This document shows, in pieces, positions 37,940 through 51,500 of a stretch of 64,000 nucleotides of DNA. A program made the translations under genes and the position numbers. The DNA lies in contig NC_043012.1 in NCBI RefSeq assembly GCF_006345805.1, forward strand, positions 33,666,001 to 33,730,000, given 5' to 3'. This DNA is from Octopus sinensis. Taxonomy: Eukaryota. Below the pieces are notes generated by a model that did not search any database, was not told the origin of the DNA, and was given only the letters and a program-made list of their open reading frames with translations. Position 1 is the first letter of the stretch; the number at the start of each line of letters is the position of its first letter.

Positions 37940-38070
37940 AAATAACATTTATTCAAAGCTCACACTACAGAGGTGCTGGTACTCAAAGCTTTCGCTCCTT
38001 TTACTCGGGTAACTCAGAGTAGAAACTCCGAGTACCAAATCACGTTCTCAGCTTTGAATAATTGTTATTT
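37940..38070 (+). repeat. Degenerate fold-back retaining the 3' half of a family-2-like hammerhead
   Basis: IR 37940-37960 / 38050-38070 with 1 mismatch. TACTC/GAGTA-GAAAC-TCCGA-GTA at about 38002-38034. No CTGANGA. Confidence 0.55.
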
Positions 38071-38106
38071 ACAAGTACATGAATACGCATATATATATAT
38101 ATATAT

Positions 38107-38263
38107 GTAGGTCCCGGGTTGAGTCGGGGTTAACCACAGTAAATAAGGTACTCAATACATAGCAGAGTAAATTAATTTATTTTATAGAAGGAGCTTCTAC
38201 AGGACTAGAACTGTTTCATTCAAATGAAATCATCAGGAAGCTCCTTCTATAAAATAAATTAAT
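38107..38263 (-). mobile_element. Fold-back element: perfect 27-bp arms enclosing a hammerhead core
   Basis: Arms 38171-38197 and 38237-38263. The loop read on the minus strand is CTGATGA-T-TTCA(TT)TGAA-T-GAAAC-AGTTCTA-GTC. (TA)n lies on both sides. Confidence 0.72.
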
Positions 38264-38269
38264 ATATAT

Positions 38270-38336
<67 letters not shown>

Positions 38337-38595
38337 CAGTCAAAGACAGTTTACTTCTATTTTCTACAAATAAGACTCCATATACATATTGTAGAAGATA
38401 GAAATAAACAGTTTTTGACGGCTATTTTTAATTTTTCGGTATGTGGCTAAGCAACCTGTTGTCTGCCCCTTTTTATTTAAATACAAATATATATAGAAAT
38501 TTTTTTTTAAAGTTCCTACCGATAATGGTTATATTTTACATACCGAAATCTACCCGTAAATAATTCTGGTTGTTTTAAAACTATTAATTAATTAC

Positions 38596-38662
<67 letters not shown>

Positions 38663-38945
38663 TATATACAAAAAATATAACTGTACCATATATAAATACG
38701 TAACTTTATACACACAAAGCTTAACAATTCGTGTATATGCATGCAGATGCACGCACACACATAACATCATGCAATCTAGTACATAGACACTGTTCCTTCT
38801 GCTCTTGCGCATATGAAACCTATTTCCTTCCATTCACTTCCGGTCATTCTAGTATCCAACTGTTTTCAACATGACATTAGCTAAAACATGTTCCCCCATT
38901 ACTCCCTTTCGCTGTGTGTACGGGTGTGTGATTGTGTATGTGTGT

Positions 38946-38983
<38 letters not shown>

Positions 38984-39250
38984 CTCTGTGTTTGTGTGTC
39001 TGTGAGTGTCTGTGTGCGTGTGTTCAATACATGTAGAGTGTACACACACACACACATATATATATACACACATATATATAACATATAGATAGATAAATGT
39101 ATGTATATGTGTGTGCTTCTAGCATCCATGCATGCATCTCAATTTCAGATGACATGTATATATATTCACATATTTTTATATATAAATGTGCATTTGTATT
39201 TCTACATACAAATGTATGTTTGTATATACATATACACACACACACATACA

Positions 39251-39282
<32 letters not shown>

Positions 39283-39319
39283 AATATACATATACATATG
39301 TATATATATATTATATATG

Positions 39320-39368
<49 letters not shown>

Positions 39369-39976
39369 AAAGTGGTATATCTATATATATTATATACATT
39401 CATACACAAACCTAAATGTCCATATGCGTGTATGTATGATGCTTCCCTGCTTTTATAATATATTTATAACTATTTACTCTCTACATTATTGAAATTGATA
39501 TCCTCGCCAATCTCAGGAAAACATAAATTTGCTCTGGTTGCCAGTGAAGTGGTGTAGCATACCGGCTCCAATCTCATCTGATTAGGCATACATGCATTAG
39601 TCATATATACATATATACATCTGTATATATATATATATATATATATATAAGTATGTATGTATGTACGTATGTGATTATATATATATGTATATTTACATTT
39701 GCTTTGTCATTTGATTAATATAATCTCTTTTCCCAACCAACGTGGTTGTCAAGGGAACTTTGGCTGGAAGCAAGTAAATAAACCTTTAAGTAGGATTTTC
39801 GAGATATCAATGAACAAAGTTCAGAAGAATTGCGTAAATACTTACCAATGTTTTGTCAACGTAACAGAACTGATTGTATAGTATTTATGCCTTTTTTATA
39901 TTTTCTGCTGGCATCTGAAACTCTATTTACATAATATTGAGGTATCTTTCTTTCTTTTGTTATCTTACCGTTTTTA

Positions 39977-40056
<80 letters not shown>

Positions 40057-40709
40057 CCGAGACGGAAACTAGACCTCCTTCAAACTTGATAGGTACTTCC
40101 CACCTAATTACAAATAAAGTTCATCAAGATTACTCAACATAGCGTTGGGTTACTTTTAGTGCATCTTTAACATGAAACAAATCATATTGTATCAGCCTCC
40201 AACCATTAATACCATCATGGTGATACCATTGTTATTTTGGTGTCGGGACAAAATACTTAGAGGCATTTCTTCCGACTCTTTACGTCCTAAGTTCAAATCC
40301 TACTGGGGTCTCCTTTGCTTTTCATTCTTTCCCAGTCGATAAAATAAGTACAATCAAGTGCTGGGGTCTATATAATCGACTCGTCCAAATTTCAGGCCTT
40401 GTGCCTATTGAAGAAAGGATTATTACTACAATTATTATTATTATTATTGTTATTATTATTATCATTATTATTATTATGTTTTTTCCTTCTTTCTTCAAAT
40501 TTTCTTCCGTTTCTCGCCGAGTGTTTTCCATACACCTAGGGCAGAGAAGGGCATTGTATGCATTCCCAGATTACACGCGCAAATTCACAAATAAAATATG
40601 TATTTAAAAATTAATAAATAAATAAATTCATGGATAGATGTTATTTTCACAGCGATAGTGCTCTTCTCAGTACATGAGCCATTCCAGTTAATACGATTTT
40701 TTGCGCTAT

Positions 40710-40710
40710 A

Positions 40711-40754
<44 letters not shown>

Positions 40755-40845
40755 TATTATTATTATAATTATTATTATCATTTTATTATTTTATTATTAT
40801 TATTTTATTATCATCATATTATTATTATTATTATTATTATTATTA

Positions 40846-40902
<57 letters not shown>

Positions 40903-40925
40903 TTATTATCATTATTATTATTATC
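40710..40925. repeat. (ATT)n/(TAA)n microsatellite at the 3' end of the R4/Dong-like LINE
   Basis: Direct reading. Confidence 0.95.
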
Positions 40926-40926
40926 A

Positions 40927-42420
40927 TACACTCAACAGATTAGACTGTTGGAAAAGAAAAGAATCCTAACATCGGGCTAGAACAATTAACCTTAGATGCC
41001 TAGAAACCTCCTAAGTATCCTAGCAGTCCCTAATAACACTGTTTTCTGCAGCTGTACTAAACTTGATTTTATGCCTATTTCCTTTATCCATCAGTTCAGA
41101 TCTTTAGGGATAGCTCCCAATGCACCTACAACTACTGGGATACATTTTACCCGCATTTTCTATAGTCTCTGTAATTCAAAAGCCAGGTCCTGGTGCTTTG
41201 TTTTTCCTATACTTCTCATATTAATTTTTTCATCATTTGGGACTGTAAAGTCATTTATCTGGCATTTTCTATTCTCTTTATTTACTACTACCAAATCAGG
41301 CCTTCTAGCTTCTATTACTCTGTCAGTCTTGATGTTTAAAGTCCCACATCTTGCATTTCTTACTTTCTAGTACTTTACTAGGTTCATGTTCATACCATTT
41401 ATCAGTATGTTCAAATCCTAGCTTTCTACATAGCTCCCAGTGGATTGCTCTCCCTAGATTGTCATGTCTAGTATTCTTTCTGTGCCAGCATGCTACATTT
41501 ACTTACTATGCGAGTAACGCTTTCCTCTTGATTTGCATAATCTACATTGGGAATCTTCTTAGTTTTTGTCTATCTTGGATTTTATCCAATTCGTCCTTAA
41601 TGCTTGATCTTGTGCAGCTACTAACAAACTTTCTATCTCACTCTTCAGCTTTCCTTTCTGCAACGTAACCATGTCTCACTACTAATATTTGCTGAAACTA
41701 TTTTGGGGAATCTACTATGCAACGCCTTCTCCTGCCAGTCAGATAATTTCTGTTCTTTTTTCTGCTTTTTAACTTCGTTTGGTGTTTTGGTTTCCCTATG
41801 TCTTGTTGTGACTCTAGCAGCTTTTAATACACTTTCTTCACTACTATCTACATACGACTTTATGTCTACGTTTAGCTAACTCCACGCAGTCTTCTACTGA
41901 TATTTACCCTCTAACACCTTCCATTCTAGGTAGATATAATCTTGCTACTCCTGCCCTTGGGTGGAGTCCTCCATTCATATAGAATTCCTTCCTCGCTCTT
42001 TTGTCAAGCTTTGCTAATTCAGTTTTTGTCCAATCTATAAAAGCTGCTGAGTATCTAAGTAATGATACTGCCCAAGTATTTACAGCCTTCACTAGATTCG
42101 GACCATTTAGCTTTGACTTCATTAGCTTCCTCATCCCTCTGGTGTATTCCTTCTCAATTTTCGTTTTCATTTCTGTAGTTAGTAATCTGACAGATTCTAA
42201 TACGTCTAAATACTGATAACTCTCTCCTCCTGACAATTATTTTAATGTCTGGCTATCTGGTAATTAGACTACCTCTCCCCTTTTTATGACTAATATTGCA
42301 CACTTATCTATACCAAATTCCATGCCTATATCTTTAATGAAGTCTTACAGTCTGTATTAAAGAATCTATCTCTTTTTCATTCTTACTAAAAAAAGCTTCA
42401 GATCATCCATGTAGAGCTCT
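40927..42420 (-). mobile_element. R4/Dong-clade (RLE-type) non-LTR retrotransposon, 3' fragment
   Basis: YQYLDVLES...KSKLNGPNLVKAVNTWAVSLLRYS...LHPRAGVARLYLPRMEG (RT thumb). Then KWYEHEP...QTDRVIEARRPDLVVV...VVVGALG...QKTVLLGTARILRRFLGI* (restriction-like endonuclease), stop at 40992-40994. Confidence 0.85.
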
Positions 42421-44010
42421 CTTTAAATTCTTGCGCAAAGAAAAAATTTCATTATTTTTACCAATTATTTTTTTACCACCCCGTAAATATTATTAAATCA
42501 CTTTTCTCCGATCTTAATTATGAATGTTTGTTTCTAAAGGTAGAGCAGTGAAATGTGTGCAGATTTTATATATAAGAAACATGTTACATTTTCTAGAATT
42601 TTGGTCTCATCTCTTAAGTTTTTACGAAAAGTTTTCTATACAAATTATGTTATTAAATTTTAATGAAAAGAGGATTTACTGAGTTTAAAACGTGTTTTAA
42701 CACGTTTTAACACCATGTACAAAAAAAATTGCTAATGCTCTCGTACTGGTCACTTACCACATTTGCTGATGAAGGAGAGCTAAATATATAATATTCTATT
42801 CATACATTTCTGAGATAAACATAAATCCTTGATTTTGGAGGATATTTATAGAATATGCGTGTTTGCTTTATGTAGGATTTATCTTCCGTGCGTCATACTT
42901 TTTAAGCTATACAGACTGGCAGACAAACATGCATCCATACACACATACATGTTTACATACATTCAAACACTTATATAGTCTGGTGTACAGACAATAAACA
43001 TCAAAAGTACAATACTGGACGAAGAAAGATTGAGAGAATGATATTATAATGCTTCAATGGAAAGAGTGTCTTAATGTTTTGGACGTTAATCCTTCATCAG
43101 AAATAAAGCAAAAGTGCGAAACAGAAATAGTTAGAGCATGAAAATAGACGGATGGACAGATACACGCATACACACACATACACACACATACACACACATA
43201 TGCTAGGTGTCCTGACATTTAAATTCTACCCACAGAGCATTCTTCAACACGACATTATAGTAAAAGACGCATGCCCAAGGTACCACCACGCAGAGAGATC
43301 GAATGCACACCCATGAGCATAGGAAATCGTTTGCTATCATTCTCAACTTGAACTGAAATATCTAATTTAATTTTCCAAATTTGTTTAATCACTTCTATTA
43401 TCATACCAACTCCTTAATTATTCAACACATTCATGTTGATCTGTAAACAAACCACAATCACTGAGACGCCATACACCATCTTACAAAGACAGTTTATTGT
43501 GCGTAAACTCTCGACCTTGAGTATAAAACTGCATCCTAAACCTATTCATTAAAGTCATTAGAGTTAATTTAAGCGTGTCTGATGCACACACACACACACA
43601 TGCTACAGTTATACATACGTTCATTTGCATAAAAAACAGTCACCCAGTTTTGATAGTTTCATGGTAATTCATTTAAAAAAAAGAAAAACCTACAAGTTGC
43701 CTTTTTAAAGATATGTTTTATTCATTTTTAATTGAATTTAATTTCAATGAATATCATCAGCATCATCATCATTATCATCATCCTCGTCATCATCATCATC
43801 ACCATCATCATCAACAACATCAGGTAATATTTAGTCTGCCACTTAAATATATGGTATCTATAGCTCCACTCACTCAAACATATATATTTGTGATAAACTA
43901 TGAGTCTGCGCGTGCATGTGTATAAAGGTATGCATGTATATATGTATGTGTATATATATGTATATGTGTGTATATGTAAGCATATATATGCATACATACT
44001 CACAGACACA

Positions 44011-44061
<51 letters not shown>

Positions 44062-44130
44062 GCGTGTTTATTTGTGTGTACGTTTACTGTTTATACAGAC
44101 AGGCGGACAGACAAAAGACAGACAGACAGC

Positions 44131-44239
<109 letters not shown>

Positions 44240-44394
44240 TAATGGTATATCTTCACACTCACCACCAATATAAATATTTATAGATTATCTGTTCCTATAC
44301 ATAAATAACATAGAAGACTATCATTAATCTAACGATTTATAAATCTGTCATAAAATATATAAACCGTAAATTATCCGGAAAGTACGCCTTACAT

Positions 44395-45000
44395 TTGCAC
44401 TTAGCTATGTTTGAGCCAATAAGGAGGGCCCTGCGTGGGCGTTCGAAAACTCCCTCAAACCCCATCACGCCGGCTGACAAAGGGATACATCGAATAATGA
44501 AATATTGCGTTCTCTGCCCAAAGGAAATAAACGAGACGGTCATTGCTGGAATGCTTTTCCTTATACATCTCCTCCTCGTTCAGCTTTGGCCTAGGGCTAA
44601 ATATACAACTGAAGCTACAACTTTTTATTCTCCCTATGATTGCTCAACCTACTAAATTTTTCTTATCGTAAAGAGAACGTTCAACGTTCGAACATTCTGC
44701 AAACTATTTACGATGATACTATTAAAAACCATTATGATACATCGCGTAACATTTTTGAACGAACTGGAAAGAAGCTTGGCTCTGAGGGATGCCATGCATG
44801 CTTGTAAATGAATGAGATTTTTCTTTTCTGATACAACTAAACCAGATTTTGATCCGGTTTGGGGCTCGGATTGATTTTATTCCGAGCATTGCCAATGCTG
44901 CATCAGAGTTGATTGCTGCTAACGTCCCCCAAGGTGGCAAGTATCGATGGAGTGTTGCATGCTGGATGTTTGCAGCAGAAAATTTTAACAAGTACCCCTC
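44395..45000 (+). mobile_element. Possible MULE transposase remnant
   Basis: IRRALRGRSKTPSNP and IDFIPSIANAA...ACWMFAAENFNK loosely resemble MULE DDE-region motifs. Weak. Confidence 0.28.
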
Positions 45001-46007
45001 CTCCTCTTCCTCTTCCTAGTCCTTCAGTTAATAATCGAATATTTAATTAGTACATCGACAGACAGACAGACAGATAGATGGCTAGAAACTTGTTTTGCAA
45101 TGAACTTTCGGGTGATTTACTATACCAACATGTTTTACTGTTCGTAGTTGATTAACTTCTTAGCTATCTTGCTTATTTGTTGTGAGTATCTTTCTTGCTC
45201 TATATATCGCACCAAAGATCCTACCTTTCTCTGTATCTAGTACTCCATCGCTACGTCTTTTTATTTCCTTCAATTATCCAAAGAGATTCTGATGATTATT
45301 TTGAAAGAAAGAGTTTTTGTCTGAAATTGTACTATCATATTCTTATGCCGTTTTCACTTGGCTACCTCGCTATCGCATCAGATACACATTTGCAAGTTGT
45401 GATTTAATTTGTTCATTTTTCCGGCTTAGACAGCACTTTTAAAGACATCCAAAATACATACAAACATACATACACACATAAAAAGTACCTGGGTGCATGC
45501 ATATACGCACATCAAGTATATACATGCGTACATCTATATTTATACGTGCCTGTGTATATATACATGCCTGAATATAAGTTAAATATTTGCGTTCATATAG
45601 AAGTACACTCCCTCTCAAGCATATATTTACATAAACCTCATCGTCCTTGTCTTTCACAAGTGCTACATTCAATAATACCATTAATTAGTATACTGTACGT
45701 TCCTTCAAGACGGAACCCAACTGTTCCTGTCGACAACCATTACGATTTCTTCACGAGACTAACATTATTATTCTTTTATTTTCAATAGAGATCTGAACCA
45801 CAATTCATTATACGAAAATATTGTCATAAATTCTACCTTCATTTAAAATAGCTTTCTTTTCTTTTGTCAGTATGTATGTATGTATGTATGTATGTATGTA
45901 TGTATGTATGTATGTATGTATGTATGTACATGTATATATAGATATATAAGCATATATATATATATATATATATATACATATGTGCTTATATAAATATATA
46001 TGTATTC

Positions 46008-46040
<33 letters not shown>

Positions 46041-46502
46041 GGTGTGTGTGTGTGTGGATATATATATGTGTGTGTAAATATATATAAATAAATATATATA
46101 CATATATATGTCTTTATATCTCTCTGTTTACCTATCTCTCTCTCCCTCTCGCTATATGTGTATATATATATATATAATGTGCGTGCGTGTTTGTGTGTGT
46201 GTATGAGTGTGAATGTGTGTGTGTGCGTGTGTATGTTATAAACATGAAAATTTTGTACAAGAATTTCCATAGATTGTATTATATACCTACATAAATATAT
46301 AGGAATTTTTTTTCATGCAAAGAACAAAGTATTTGGTAGTTTTCTTTTATTACACTTGAAATAAATCTAAGGAAGAATCGATCTTAGTGGAACATTTTCA
46401 ATAATACACACACACACATATATAGACACACACACACATATATAGACACACACACACATGTCTATAAGCATATATATACATATGCATGTGTGTATGTGTA
46501 TA

Positions 46503-46710
46503 CCTATATATATAAAACTAAGAATGCGTGTCTGTCTGTGTAAATCCCTAAAACTTAAGAACTACACAACCAATTTCATTCAAATTTTACACATGCCTTA
46601 CTTAGGGTCCAAGTAGTGTCATGGGCAAAAAAATGTTTAACTTCTTGCCTAGACCCGGCCCACAGCAATATCACATCTCTCCACTATTTTAGTATTACGT
46701 ATTAAAAGTG
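46503..46710 (+). mobile_element. Possible Helitron/HINE-like 5' end
   Basis: ACCTATATATATAAAACTAAGAATGCGTGTCTGTCTGT...CAACCAATTTCATTCAAATTT matches the general pattern of non-autonomous Helitron-like starts. Confidence 0.4.
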
Positions 46711-46766
46711 AAACAAAAGCAGCTCTCATTGGATTATATGATTTATATATTGTATATATATATATA

Positions 46767-46811
<45 letters not shown>

Positions 46812-46815
46812 CCTG

Positions 46816-46852
<37 letters not shown>

Positions 46853-47119
46853 TGTATATAATATATAATATATATATATACTATATATATATATATATAT
46901 ATATATATGCCTGTATATATATAGATGTATATGTAATGCATGGTATATGTTAGCTGTATATGTATAGATGTATTTCTATAGATATACATGTATGTCTAGA
47001 TGTATATATAGATGTAGATGTAATATATACACATATATACAGACATACATATATACACCCATACACACATACAGACACACCGATCCACAACCCCCCACCC
47101 CACCCCACACACGCATACA

Positions 47120-47430
47120 TAGGTGCAGGTGTGGTAACAACCTTGGTTCCAAAACACATGGTCCTCAGTTCAGTCCCACCGTGTGGATACTTGGCATGTG
47201 TCTTCTGCTATAGCCTGAGATCAACCAAAGCCTTGTCAGTGGATTTTGTAGACAGAAACTGAAAGAAATCAATTGTATGTATATGTATGAATATATGTAA
47301 GTCTATGTGTGTGTCTTTGTGTTTCTCCCTCATCACTGCTTCACAACTGGTGTTCGTTTATTTACATCCCCATAACTTACTGGTTTCACAAGAAGAAACC
47401 GATAGAATAAGTACCAGGCTTATCAAAATA
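47120..47430 (+). mobile_element. SINE family II, diverged
   Basis: GGTGCAGGTGTGG...CAGTTCAGTCCC...GACAGAAACTGAAAGAA...GATAGAATAAGTACCAGGC. Confidence 0.7.
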
Positions 47431-47518
47431 TAAAAAAAACACTACGCAGTGTCTCATATTTTTGCTTGCCCACTAAGTTGTATCTATCAATTTATCTTTG
47501 TGTGTGTGTGGTGTATGT

Positions 47519-47579
<61 letters not shown>

Positions 47580-47647
47580 ATTTCGTATGACAGGAACTGA
47601 AACAAATCAATCGTATATATATGTATGTAATATGTAAGTGTATGTGT

Positions 47648-47740
47648 TTTGGTATTGGCAACGTGAATGACGATGGCCAGAGACTACTTGAACTTTGCAC
47701 ATACCATCACCTGTGCATCACTAACACATTCTTTGCCAAG
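47648..47740 (+). mobile_element. RTE-type LINE AP-endonuclease fragment
   Basis: FGIGNVNDDGQRLLELCTYHHLCITNTFFAK is the characteristic G..N.NG.RLL..C...L.ITNT.F motif. Confidence 0.8.
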
Positions 47741-47884
47741 TGTGACGTCCTATATGGGACAGTGCTATTGACGTTTATAGGCCCCAGGAAGACATCTCTT
47801 CCAGCTGGCTAACAACACACATTCTGTGTCCGATTAGAATTTGCGAGGGGAAGTCATCGCTACCATCCCTAGCCTTGCTTGATG

Positions 47885-47929
47885 CACACGGACTCAAGTT
47901 TCTGGGTGGGTACCCGTCCTCAGCGTGTG
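47885..47929 (-). ncRNA. Minimal type-I hammerhead
   Basis: Minus strand: CACACG-CTGAGGA-C-GGGT(ACCC)ACCC-A-GAAAC-TTGA-GTC^-CGTGTG. Perfect 6-bp stem I. Confidence 0.8.
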
Positions 47930-48737
47930 TTATGCTGTACCCTAATTCAACCTTGCCAGAAAATGTTTCGTGCTTTATTTCTTTTAATTGTATTGGTTTT
48001 AATTACTGTGTACCTTAGAATTTGTATTCATTTCAATGCAAATAAGTTTGAGTATGTATATGTATGTGTGTGGGGGGAGGGTATACACACGCATACATCT
48101 CCCTCCATTTCTTTCACTCTCTCTATCTCTCGCTCTCTTTTTCTCTCCCCCTCTTTCTCTCTCCCCATCTCTAACTATTCCACCAGTCTTATTCGTCTTT
48201 ATAAACTATTCTCTGTCATACTTTTCCTCATTCTCTCTTACTCTCTCTACCTCTCTTTCTCTCTTTACCTCTCTCTCTCTCTCTTTCTCTCTCCCTTTCT
48301 ATAACCATTCTACCAGTCTTTTATGTATTTATAAACTATTCTCTCTATCACACTGTTTCTCATTCTCTCTCACCCACTCTCTCACCCTCTCTCTGTTTCT
48401 CTCTGGTGATCGTTTATTATTATAATATTATTAACATATATTATACTATTAAACTAAATCTTCGGCTAATCCTAAGCTCTCCTAAAGGTTTATACTAATA
48501 CCTAATAATTAATTCTATCTCAGGGCGGTAGATAGCAGTACCAGTTGCACACACAGTATAAGATGTCTTCTAATATTTAATTGCATAACTTAATACTTTA
48601 CATTCTCAGTTCATATCCAACCATGCACCTTTTGAGTTATTCTATGCACTTCATCTTCGCAGGCAGCGGGGATAGAGGTCAATGAAATTATAATCAGTCA
48701 AATATAATTTGCTGTTACTCACATTTGTGTGGCCTTG

Positions 48738-48773
<36 letters not shown>

Positions 48774-48799
48774 TAATAATAATAATAATAATAATAATA

Positions 48800-49208
48800 T
48801 GTTTGACCTTAACCAGTTGAGCATGTCCCTTAGTGGCTGACGATATGTGCATCTCTGATCACGAGCAGAAGTAGTGGGGGAGCATCATAGCCGTGTGTTG
48901 AGAGGGATTCTTGGAGGTTTGAATAATTCACCTTTGGAAACATGGGTGTTTCGTTCAACATCCTTAAACAATCCTTATTCAGGGACCTTTTGAGTGAGAT
49001 GGGCTACTCAACCTGAAGAAAATTCTAACTGGGCCCCATCTGCAAGGTCATGTGCTGTTTATCTTGATATGAGATCACCATGTCGCGCACATATGGTTCT
49101 GATGCATGTGCCTGGTGTACCCTTATCAGACGGGTAGTCATGATGGGTATACTGGGCTTCGTATAGTTTACCCCAGTGTCACTTTGATGGCATGCACTGC
49201 TCTCTCAC

Positions 49209-49210
<2 letters not shown>
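48800..49210 (+). mobile_element. Unclassified (AAT)n-tailed retroposon family (longer copy at 62435-62978; inverted partial at 49600-49790)
   Basis: High identity between copies. Both plus-strand copies start within (AAT)n tracts, and this copy also ends in one. Confidence 0.75.
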
Positions 49211-49279
<69 letters not shown>

Positions 49280-49490
49280 CCTTTCTACTATAGGTACAAG
49301 GTCTGACACTTGTGGGGAGGGGACTAGTCGATTACATCGACCCCAGTGTTTCATTGGTACTTAATTTATCGACTCCAAAGGGATGAAAGGTAAAGTCGAC
49401 CTCGACGGAATTTGAACTCAGAACGAAAAGACGGACTAAATGCCGCTAAGCATTTCGCCCGCTGTGCTAACGATTCTGCCAGCTCGCCGT
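49280..49490 (-). mobile_element. SINE family I, diverged
   Basis: GTCGATTACATCGACCCCAG...GAATTTGAACTCAGAAC...GCCAGCTCGCC. Confidence 0.8.
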
Positions 49491-50161
49491 CTTAATAATA
49501 ACACTGTGTGACACGATTTTTGTCCTTGGGTAGCAACAGTTATTCCTTATTTGCTTTACCCCTAGAGAAGGTAAAAAAATGGCTAATATTTCCTTCAAAC
49601 TTTGCTTTTGTTACATTTATATCAAACCCCAAAGAATCCCTCTCAACACATGGTTTTGATGCTCCTCCATTACTCCTGCTCACGATCAGAGATGCATGTC
49701 TTGTCAGCCACTAAGGGACATGCTCAAATAGTTAAGGTCAAGCAACTGACAAGCAAATCTGTGGTATTGAGCAGAATATTTGCTATAACGATATTTCTGC
49801 TTCAGCAACTCAGGGCTGAATATATCTGAAATGTAATGGAAAAATAGGTTAGTTTCAAAACATTGATGTCCAGGTAACAAAAGCAAAGTTTGAGAGGAAT
49901 AGTAGTCATTTTCTTTGATTTCTGACCAAAGACAAAAAATGATAATTTGGTCACACAGTGTAAGAATAACAATACTAATAATTTTTTTTATTAAACACAA
50001 GCGATACAAAAACTAAGATAGTTTTACTAGGGGCTACACTGACATAGAAGGAAATGAGTGAGGACCTACACATGCGCACATATACACATATATACAGTCA
50101 CACACACACATACATATCTCCAAAGTTTAGATATAAGTATAGTATTTAATACATATAAACA

Positions 50162-50203
<42 letters not shown>

Positions 50204-51019
50204 CATATACACAGACATACACACACAACACACTTTTATATATATATATATATATATATTAATATATATATATATATATATATATCATTCTTTCCTTCTT
50301 TCTATCAGCCCCTTCACACTTACTTCGTTCATTCCACTCTTCGTTCTTCGTTCCCCCTCTCTCACATTTCCTGGCCTTCTCTTCATGCTCACTTTCCCTC
50401 CTCTTTCACTTCACTTTTCCCCCTTCATTTTTTTCTCGCCCCTCCTTAATTCTTCTATCCCTCTACCTCTCTCTTATCTCTCTCCACATGACTTGTGTTC
50501 GGCCAAGCCTGACCTTTCTTTCTTGTTTCAACTACCATACCTGCAACATCTATATTCCTCCCTGTGCCTGTCAAATCATATGTCCCTGCCGTAAGACTTT
50601 ACTTCCTCACACGCCAGCTTAATTTAATTCGTCATTGGTCGAAAGACACCCGTTGTTAATGACCTGTTATTTGTATTTGTGTACCATTTCTCCGTTTTTC
50701 TCCGTCCTTGTTTCAGTATACATTTGCTGCTTTCTTTCAAGGAATCTAATGCTCTTAGCTTAGTTTTTCCTTGGGGCTGGCCAGATTGGAGCAATCTCGA
50801 GTATAACCAGCCGAAATTGCAAAGATAATTTGGAACTCGACGACTGAGGAAAGAAAACTCCGAATGACCCGTCCTTGTTTTCTTTATATCGTCCATCTGG
50901 ATGTTTTGTTGTCTCTTTTTTGTATCACCTAACTGTCTGGATGTTTTGCGTTCTTATCCCATTTTTGTATTATATATGTATATAGATATATATCTTGTAC
51001 TACAGGACATTTTTTTCAT

Positions 51020-51500
51020 TAGCTGTCGACAGGAGATCCCTTCGATTTCGATACATTCCGACAGTATCGCTCTCCAATAGTATTCAGCAGTACTGATAAT
51101 TCTGAGATAATTTTGGCCAACACTGAAATATGGTTCCTGAATCTATATCCACTATGTAGCAACGATATTATTTCTCTGCTGTATCCAAGATGAACATCTT
51201 CTCTCTCCAATTTACAAAGCACTACTTTACTGACCCTCCTGACACCAGAACACTGTGGACCCAAGAACCACCAATCCATGACATTTCTCATCTGGAAGCA
51301 CTTTATTCTGTCGTCCTCGTCTGTCACACGAATCCTCAAGCCTTTCATATTTTAGAGCATTCAAGTGCCCGCTTTATATTAACTCTGGCACCATCAACTC
51401 AATAATCGGAACGTTTTGACAAGTCAGACATCGTCATAAGTTTTACCGTGTTTTTTATATTGCTGCTTTGAAATACGAGTGCTTTCTCCAGCTCCATCAG
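51020..51500 (-). mobile_element. Possible hAT transposase remnant
   Basis: VDGARVN and FRNHISVLAKII..L..NT..ER loosely resemble hAT catalytic and dimerisation motifs, with many stops. Confidence 0.22.
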
